Virus record (IMG/VR): IMGVR_UViG_3300017766_003471
Span: 1-34,418 of that record
Strand: one strand, 5' to 3'
DNA from: a virus
Taxonomy: Duplodnaviria > Caudoviricetes
DNA: 34,418 bases
The notes under the pieces were generated by a model. That model made no database searches. It was not told the origin of the DNA and saw only the letters and a list, made by a program, of their open reading frames with translations. Shown piece by piece: positions 28,213 to 34,418 of the stretch. Made by a program: the position numbers and the translations under genes. Position 1 is the first letter of the stretch, and every line of letters starts with the position of its first letter.

Positions 28213-29379
28213 ATGAAAAAAGAATCAATTGGCGTAGTAAAGTATACGCAAGATGGAAATCCTTATATTTCCGAATTAGGTACTGGTAATGACATTACTT
28301 CATTATTCCGATCCATAATGGTTAAACATGCAATAGATAATGATGAAGCATTAGTGTTTGATCACACAACGGGTCGTGCAAAACGAATTGCATTAGATGA
28401 CATTAAACAACAAGAAGTAATACCAACACCAGAACCACAACCTATGCCTAAACAAGAAATGGATCCTATATTATCATTGATCCACAATGCACATAAGATT
28501 AAACCAGCAAACTTAGAAATGTCTGACATTAAATGGAAGTATTTGGTTCGCTCAGCAGTTCGTGGTAAGAATATCATGATGGTTGGCCCTGCAGGTTGTG
28601 GTAAGACACAAGCCGCAAAGGAATTGCCTAAGGCAACTAATCGTCCTTTCTTCTATTTCAACTTAGGTGCTACGCAAGATCCTAGAGCAACTCTTATTGG
28701 TAACACGCATTTCAAAGATGGTCAGACAACTTTTGATGAGTCTGCATTTGTTAAAGCAATTCAAACTGAGAATGCCGTTATCCTATTAGATGAGTTATCC
28801 AGAGCGCATCCAGAAGCATGGAACATTTTAATGACAGTTTTGGATGAAGGTCAAAGATATCTTAGATTAGATGAAGATGTTAATTCGCCAACTATTAGAG
28901 TTGCTGCAAATGTATCCTTTATTGCTACAGCAAACATTGGTACGGAGTATACATCAACCAGAGTATTGGACCGAGCATTGATGGATCGTTTTGAAATTAT
29001 TGAAGTTGACATTTTGTCTTTATCTCAAGAAGAAGATTTATTGACGAAGCGTTTTGGTGACAAGGTATCTGGCAATCTTATTCATTCAGTAGCAGACATT
29101 GCAGATGCAACGCGAAAGGAATGGAGATCAGAAGAAGGCAAACTAAGCACAATGATATCAACCCGTATGACGGTTAGGATATGTGAGTTGTTAGCAGATG
29201 GATTTTCTTTGTCAGAAGCGTCTGAGGTTGCAGTTCTCCCATTCTTTGATGCATCAGGAGGAACAGACTCCGAAAGAACCTTTGTTAAGCAAATTATCCA
29301 AAAGCATATGGCAACCGAAATGAAAGACATTTTCAATACTGGTAAAGATGATAACAGCAACGAAGCAATACCGTTTTAA
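28213..29379 (+). CDS. MoxR-family AAA+ ATPase (CbbQ/NorQ/CobS-like)
   Basis: Walker A GPAGCGKT, Walker B ILLDE, IATAN, LDRALMDRF, ISTR. Confidence 0.92.
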   Translation: MKKESIGVVKYTQDGNPYISELGTGNDITSLFRSIMVKHAIDNDEALVFDHTTGRAKRIALDDIKQQEVIPTPEPQPMPKQEMDPILSLIHNAHKIKPANLEMSDIKWKYLVRSAVRGKNIMMVGPAGCGKTQAAKELPKATNRPFFYFNLGATQDPRATLIGNTHFKDGQTTFDESAFVKAIQTENAVILLDELSRAHPEAWNILMTVLDEGQRYLRLDEDVNSPTIRVAANVSFIATANIGTEYTSTRVLDRALMDRFEIIEVDILSLSQEEDLLTKRFGDKVSGNLIHSVADIADATRKEWRSEEGKLSTMISTRMTVRICELLADGFSLSEASEVAVLPFFDASGGTDSERTFVKQIIQKHMATEMKDIFNTGKDDNSNEAIPF

Positions 29380-29392
29380 TTTTTCATAGCTC
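29380..29392. repeat. 13-bp inverted repeat of the AAA gene start region (28208-28220)
   Basis: TTTTTCATAGCTC is the exact reverse complement of GAGCTATGAAAAA. Confidence 0.85.
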
Positions 29393-29393
29393 G

Positions 29394-29455
29394 AAAAGGA
29401 GACAGTTACGGCAAAAATCACCATTCGTTAATCAGCGTGATCTGTCTCTTTTTTT
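29394..29455 (+). terminator. intrinsic terminator with a large loop
   Basis: GAGACAG (29399-29405) pairs with CTGTCTC (29442-29448), inner TTACG/CGTGA, then seven T. Confidence 0.7.
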
Positions 29456-29466
29456 ATGCAATCTGG

Positions 29467-29497
29467 TTGGATAATACTGAATTTTTTCTTATATTAT
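29467..29497 (+). promoter_or_regulatory. TTGGAT-N19-TATTAT promoter
   Basis: Shares GGTTGGAT with the promoter at 28163. Confidence 0.5.
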
Positions 29498-29515
29498 TTA
29501 TATAAAAATAAAGAT

Positions 29516-31597
29516 ATGAAACAGAGAGATAACAAGACACAATGGGGCGCATCTAGCTTTTGGTTGGACCGAGACTTTGATGTTGATTTCAAACGCGAAC
29601 AAGGCGGCGTTGACTTAGCTAAATTGGCAGCAGCACAAAGAGCAATTGCTAATTTTGTTAATATTGTAACAGGTAAACAAATTCCTGTAGTATTTCAAAG
29701 CTCCGACAATAGTTACACAGATGGAGAACATGTTGTTATTGGTTCTAAATTAGAAGATAAACACTTTGATCCTGCAGTTGGATTGGCTTTACATGAAGGC
29801 TCGCATATTTTATTGACAGACTTTACTATGTTTCAAACAGTTAACGGTGGCCACACTAGTTATATTGAAAATACAAAGTTTGCAAATGCAGTTCGTATGC
29901 GTGGTTTAGATCCTGATATGAAGATGACTTCCAGAGAATTTACAATCATCAAAGACTTATTGAATTGGATTGAAGATCGTCGAATTGATTATTACATATA
30001 CACCACAGCTCCAGGATACCGTATGTATTATGAAGCAATGTATGATAAATACTTCAATGATAAAATTGTTGATAAGGCGTTGAAGACTAATGAGAAGTGT
30101 GAAGAGTCTTGGGATGATTACTTTTTTCATATCATCAACTTCACTAATCCAAATCGTAACTTAGATGCACTTAAACAATTAAGAAGTATATGGTCAATGA
30201 TTGATTTGCGAAACATTAGCAGATTGAAATCTACCGATGATGCATTAGGAGTAGCAATTGAAGTATACAAAGCAATCAAGGATGCGGTATCTGAGATAGA
30301 TATGCCAGGCAATAATGGACAAGGAGAAGGAGAAGGACAACCTGGAGAAGGACCTATAGGTAATAGTACCGGCGATGGATCGGGAGAGCCAGGAGACATT
30401 AATGAAGATGATGATGAAAGTGACGGCGAAGGAGATGAAGAAGGAGAAGGTAATGGAGGAGGTTCCGAATTAACACAAAGGGAGCTAGAAAGATTGCAAA
30501 AAGCAATTGATAAGCAACGAGAATTCTTAAATGGAGATTCTAAAAAATCCGGAAAGATTACAAAGAAGAATGCATCGATTATCAATGCCTTACGAGATTC
30601 TGATACAAATATCAAACAAGTAGATACTAGTGCAGAAGGTGCTGGCTCAGCAAACTTTGTTGATACGGTTGTTATTAAAAAGTTGACGCCAGGTATTATT
30701 TGTTCATTGTCTGGAATATTTGCAACTAATTCTGAAGAATATGCCTCCGGGAAGCGAGATTATGAAGCAGATGTTAAAAAAGGTAGTTACGGTGCTAGAC
30801 GATTACAAGAAACTGATAATGCAGTTGTCAAAGGTATTATCTTAGGAAAACAATTGGGTCGCAAGCTTCAAGTAAGAGATTCAGAACGCAGTCTTAAATC
30901 AACACGTTTGCAATCTGGTAAAATTGATAGACGTTTGATTTCACAATTAGGTTATGACAATGTAAATGTATTTCACCGAATTGTAACGGATCGTTATAAG
31001 AATTATTTTATTCATATTTCAATTGATGCTTCAGGTTCTATGGCAGGAACTAAGTTTCGCAATGCAATTACATCTGCAGTGGCAGTTGCACAAGCTGCAT
31101 CAATGACAACAGGTATCCGAGTTCAAATTTCACTTCGCGGAACAAATTCAATTGGCTCTGGCGATAAATGTATAACATTGTATGCATATGACTCACAACA
31201 TGACAAAATGAGTAAAATCAAATCATTGTTCAAGTATTTGCAGGTATTTGGTGTAACTCCGGAAGGTATTGCATTTAAAAGTATCGAAAAAGAAATTCGT
31301 GCTGCAGCAAAAGGAGATGAATGTATCTTCATTAACTATTCCGATGGTGAACCAACTGATATCTCCGGAGTTCAAAGTTCATATGACGGCGTAGAATATA
31401 CAAGACGCGTTATCAATTCGTTTAAAGAAGCAAACATCAATGTGATATCATATTTTATCTATCAAGGTTATATGGGTGCTAGTACAAAACAAAAATTTAC
31501 TAGAATGTATGGCCCAGATGCACAATTTATTGATCCAATGAACATGACACAAGTTTCCAAAACAGTTAATCAGAAATTTTTGGAAATGGCTGAATAA
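29516..31597 (+). CDS. VWA-domain protein with N-terminal HEXXH domain (CobT/NorD-like MoxR partner)
   Basis: LHEGSH, NWIEDRRID, acidic G/E/D linker, SGKIDRR, MIDAS DASGS...TPE...SDGEP; start reassigned to ATG 29516. Confidence 0.88.
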   Translation: MKQRDNKTQWGASSFWLDRDFDVDFKREQGGVDLAKLAAAQRAIANFVNIVTGKQIPVVFQSSDNSYTDGEHVVIGSKLEDKHFDPAVGLALHEGSHILLTDFTMFQTVNGGHTSYIENTKFANAVRMRGLDPDMKMTSREFTIIKDLLNWIEDRRIDYYIYTTAPGYRMYYEAMYDKYFNDKIVDKALKTNEKCEESWDDYFFHIINFTNPNRNLDALKQLRSIWSMIDLRNISRLKSTDDALGVAIEVYKAIKDAVSEIDMPGNNGQGEGEGQPGEGPIGNSTGDGSGEPGDINEDDDESDGEGDEEGEGNGGGSELTQRELERLQKAIDKQREFLNGDSKKSGKITKKNASIINALRDSDTNIKQVDTSAEGAGSANFVDTVVIKKLTPGIICSLSGIFATNSEEYASGKRDYEADVKKGSYGARRLQETDNAVVKGIILGKQLGRKLQVRDSERSLKSTRLQSGKIDRRLISQLGYDNVNVFHRIVTDRYKNYFIHISIDASGSMAGTKFRNAITSAVAVAQAASMTTGIRVQISLRGTNSIGSGDKCITLYAYDSQHDKMSKIKSLFKYLQVFGVTPEGIAFKSIEKEIRAAAKGDECIFINYSDGEPTDISGVQSSYDGVEYTRRVINSFKEANINVISYFIYQGYMGASTKQKFTRMYGPDAQFIDPMNMTQVSKTVNQKFLEMAE

Positions 31598-31605
31598 GTT
31601 ATTAT

Positions 31606-31628
31606 TATATTTATATTAAAGTTATAAA
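31606..31628 (+). promoter_or_regulatory. ATATTTATA-type promoter; 23-nt exact repeat of 1490-1512
   Basis: TATATTTATATTAAAGTTATAAA. Confidence 0.65.
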
Positions 31629-31643
31629 AAGAAAGAAAAGGTT

Positions 31644-33254
31644 ATGAGTAAACAAATCGAATTCAATTCAGATGCTCGTGCGAAATTGAAAGCGGGAGTT
31701 GATGCGTTAGCAAACGCAGTACGTACCACATTAGGTCCAAAGGGAAGAAATGTAGTTATTGGCAAGAAGTTTGGAAGTCCCCACGTTACTAAAGATGGTG
31801 TTACAGTTGCAAAAGAAATTGAATTAAGCGATCCAATTGAAAATTTAGGTGCACAAATGGTTAAGGAAGTTGCATCCAAGACAGCAGACATTGCAGGCGA
31901 TGGAACTACCACAGCAACAGTATTAGCACAACAATTGGTAGCAGGTGGATTAAAAGTTGTTGCAGCAGGATCAAACCCAATTGATGTTAAGCGCGGAATG
32001 GATAAAGCGGCGGCGGCAGTAGTTGCTGAGCTTAAATCATTGTCACAAGAAGTTGGTGTTGATAATGATAAAATCAAACAAGTTGCAACTATCTCTGCAA
32101 ACAATGATGACGCTATCGGAGGATTGATTGCCGAAGCTATGCGGGTTGTAGGTAAAGACGGAGTTATTACCGTTGAGGAAGCAAAGGGTACTGAAACTGA
32201 AATAAAGACAGTTGAAGGTATGCAATTTGATAGAGGATTCCTTTCTCCTTACTTTGTAACTAATCAAGAAAAATTGACTGCCGAAATGGAAAGTCCTTTA
32301 GTATTACTAATTGATGGCAAAGTATCAAGCATGAAAGAATTGCTTCCCGTATTAGAACCAGTAGTTCAAATGGGTAAGGGTCTTGTTATCATTGCAGAAG
32401 ATGTTGAAGGAGATGCCCTAGGAACATTGGTTGTGAATCGTATACGAGGAGCACTAAGAGTTGCGGCAGTTAAAGCTCCAGGCTTTGGCGAATCCAGAAA
32501 AGCACAATTGGAAGACTTAGCAACGTTGCTTGGTGCAACCGTTGTATCAGAAGAACGAGGTGTGTTGCTTTCAGAATGTGGCACTGAGGTATTAGGTAGC
32601 TGTGAGAAAATTGAAATCACAAAAGATAAGACTACAATTATCAATGGCCATGGCGAGTCATTGGAAGTTCAAAAACGAATTGATACAATCCGACGTGAGA
32701 TTGAAGATGCTAAGTCAGACTATGACCGTGAGAAGCTACAAGAGCGTTTAGCAAAATTGGCCGGGGGTGTTGCTGTATTGTATATTGGTGCACCAACTGA
32801 AACGGAAATGAAAGAGAAGAAGGATCGAGTGGATGATGCATTAGCAGCAACTAGAGCAGCAGTAGAAGAAGGCATCGTTCCTGGCGGGGGAGTTGCTTTG
32901 ATTAGATGTCAAGATGCTTTAAATGCACTAAAAGGCGGCAATGCCGACGAAAATATAGGTATTGATTTAGTAAAGTCTTCAATTGAAGCTCCATTACGCC
33001 AAATTGTAGCAAATGCAGGCGGCGAAGGCGCTGTGGTTGTAGCGGAAGTTAAACGTGGCACAGGAGACTTTGGATACAATGCACGAACTGGAGTCTATGG
33101 TTTAATGTTGGAAATGGGTGTGTTAGATCCTACCAAAGTAACCCGTACGGCTGTTGAAAATGCAGTATCAATTGCTTCAATGGTTCTAATGACAGAATGC
33201 GTTATTGTAGATGAGCCAACCAAAGATGATGAACCACAAATGCCAATGATGTAA
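31644..33254 (+). CDS. groEL: chaperonin GroEL (Cpn60)
   Basis: [53 protein letters not shown]. Confidence 0.97.
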   Translation: MSKQIEFNSDARAKLKAGVDALANAVRTTLGPKGRNVVIGKKFGSPHVTKDGVTVAKEIELSDPIENLGAQMVKEVASKTADIAGDGTTTATVLAQQLVAGGLKVVAAGSNPIDVKRGMDKAAAAVVAELKSLSQEVGVDNDKIKQVATISANNDDAIGGLIAEAMRVVGKDGVITVEEAKGTETEIKTVEGMQFDRGFLSPYFVTNQEKLTAEMESPLVLLIDGKVSSMKELLPVLEPVVQMGKGLVIIAEDVEGDALGTLVVNRIRGALRVAAVKAPGFGESRKAQLEDLATLLGATVVSEERGVLLSECGTEVLGSCEKIEITKDKTTIINGHGESLEVQKRIDTIRREIEDAKSDYDREKLQERLAKLAGGVAVLYIGAPTETEMKEKKDRVDDALAATRAAVEEGIVPGGGVALIRCQDALNALKGGNADENIGIDLVKSSIEAPLRQIVANAGGEGAVVVAEVKRGTGDFGYNARTGVYGLMLEMGVLDPTKVTRTAVENAVSIASMVLMTECVIVDEPTKDDEPQMPMM

Positions 33255-33466
33255 TGAATCAAATACAAGTACATAACGGAATCGCATACAAAGTATTACG
33301 AGCAAAATTTATTTCACACTTTGCTCCTAAATTAGACGAGCACCCAAACATGGAGTATGTACAATTATTTAGAGACTGGGTTGGAGCAGATCATGTATTG
33401 AGAACTCCAACTCACTTTCTTTTTTGCGAAACAATTCAAGATGCGGAATTTGAAATGTGTAAATAA
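33254..33466 (+). CDS. hypothetical protein
   Basis: 70 aa, TAATG-coupled to groEL; no GroES motifs. Confidence 0.65.
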   Translation: MNQIQVHNGIAYKVLRAKFISHFAPKLDEHPNMEYVQLFRDWVGADHVLRTPTHFLFCETIQDAEFEMCK

Positions 33467-33482
33467 TTTAATATAATATGTT

Positions 33483-33746
33483 ATGACAGAAAAAGAAGTA
33501 CAATTGTTAGGGTTTGAACGAGAAGAATATTCAGATTTTGACGGAGATCATTATTATTATTCATATCAAATAGCTCAAGGCTTTGGTTTTATTTCATCAG
33601 CTAATACGGATGCTGCCGAAACGGGACAATGGTTTGTTGAGTTCTTTGATTCATATCCAACTATTCGATTCACTGAATTTGGCGAAGTACAGGCATTGAT
33701 TAATTTAATTGAAAAACGAGTAGTACGCGATGAATCAGCTGGATAG
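33483..33746 (+). CDS. hypothetical protein
   Basis: 87 aa acidic ORF preceded by TTTGAA-N17-TATAAT (33449-33477). Confidence 0.65.
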   Translation: MTEKEVQLLGFEREEYSDFDGDHYYYSYQIAQGFGFISSANTDAAETGQWFVEFFDSYPTIRFTEFGEVQALINLIEKRVVRDESAG

Positions 33747-34418
33747 ACATTATCAGGATCTTTTATTTAAACTTATAGCAGATGGGGCTGTAAAGGATAC
33801 GCGCAATGGTAAAACTATATCAATATTCGGGCATCAGATACGACATAAGATGTCAGAAGGGTTTCCTTTGCTCACAACCAAGAAAATGTATTGGCGAGGT
33901 ATTGTAACAGAGTTGTTATGGTTTTTACGTGGTGATACGAACATCAAATACCTTGTTGATAATGATTGTCATATATGGGATGGTGACGCTTATAAGGCGT
34001 ATCTCAAAAACTGGAAACCTCAACCAGTTGTAGAAAATGAATTACATTGGTTGGAACAAGAATTAGTAAGTGATAGGCCGTTACCGAAAGATATGTTTAT
34101 TCATTGTATCAAAACAGATGATGGGTTTGCTAAGCAGTGGGGTGAATTAGGTCCGGTATATGGTAAGCAATGGAGAAAGTGGAAATTTACAGATAAGTTT
34201 ACAAATGGTGAACAAATAGCATATGTTAATGGAAATATAGACCAAATCGCAAACCTAATCCGTGACCTTAAAACAAACCCAGACTCAAGACGATTGATGG
34301 TTTCATCTTGGAATGTAGGTGAATTGGACCAAATGACTTTACCACCTTGTCATTATGGGTTTCAAGTTTATACGAGAGAGTTGTCAACCGATGAAAGAAA
34401 TGAATGGTTTCAAATTCA
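33730..34418 (+). CDS. thyA: thymidylate synthase (3' truncated); absent from the ORF track
   Basis: Manual translation: MNQLDRHYQDLL...GFPLLTTKK..ELLWFLRGDTNI...IWD...LGPVYGKQWR...DQI...PDSRR..SWN...LPPCH; runs off the window end. Confidence 0.95.
   Translation, partial: MNQLDRHYQDLLFKLIADGAVKDTRNGKTISIFGHQIRHKMSEGFPLLTTKKMYWRGIVTELLWFLRGDTNIKYLVDNDCHIWDGDAYKAYLKNWKPQPVVENELHWLEQELVSDRPLPKDMFIHCIKTDDGFAKQWGELGPVYGKQWRKWKFTDKFTNGEQIAYVNGNIDQIANLIRDLKTNPDSRRLMVSSWNVGELDQMTLPPCHYGFQVYTRELSTDERNEWFQI

Noticed and set aside
29415-29425. 11-nt complementarity between the terminator loop (AAATCACCATT) and 26956-26966
   Set aside because: An AT-rich 11-mer match is plausible by chance in 34 kb
29456-29515. 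Longer ORF-track N-termini (also 10462, 11118, 14595, 16317, 20466, 22706)
   Set aside because: The extensions run through promoter motifs or upstream genes; downstream ATGs fit domain starts better
30310-30465. GGA/GAA/GAT low-complexity repeats
   Set aside because: Encode the acidic Gly-rich linker usual in CobT-like VWA proteins
1491-31615. TATTTATA read as the T4 late promoter TATAAATA on the minus strand
   Set aside because: No credible minus-strand genes, and the motif keeps a close spacing to + strand starts
120-32644. Minus-strand ORFs in the track (e.g. 120-479, 19811-20011, 30127-30615, 31622-32104)
   Set aside because: All shadow well-supported + strand genes and have no recognisable motifs
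1-34418. Stop-codon reassignment, introns/inteins, tRNA genes
   Set aside because: Genes are full length under the standard code, no large insertions are evident, and intergenic gaps are short with no cloverleaf seen

Overview
AT-rich, densely packed window in which essentially every credible gene lies on the + strand, many joined by ATGA/TAATG overlaps. Gene content (AddB/Cas4-like nuclease, holins and endolysins, tail lysozyme-LysM, HNH, MoxR-VWA, GroEL, ThyA) indicates a fragment of a large (jumbo-type) dsDNA phage. A Bacteroidota host is inferred from the ClpS type, a T9SS-like cargo protein and promoter shapes. Blocks: (1) 1-1489, nuclease and SLOG genes; (2) 1521-14296, a 15-gene glycosylation cluster with nonulosonic-acid genes (NeuA/NeuB-like); (3) 14387-17987, a lysis-like cassette (2-TM protein, GH19 lysozyme, PAS-PAS-coiled-coil-2TM protein, M15 peptidase, holin, amidase); (4) 18016-26963, probable late/virion genes plus SET, UVR, ClpS and HNH genes; (5) 27000-34418, an ArfA-like peptide, a T9SS-like protein, MoxR-VWA, groEL and a truncated thyA. 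The best candidate for an undescribed system is the tandem-PAS sensor fused to two TM helices inside the lysis cassette (possible environment-gated lysis). The second is a perfect 13-nt antisense copy of the MoxR gene's own start region placed immediately after its stop codon. All family assignments come from motif recognition by eye; no searches were run.
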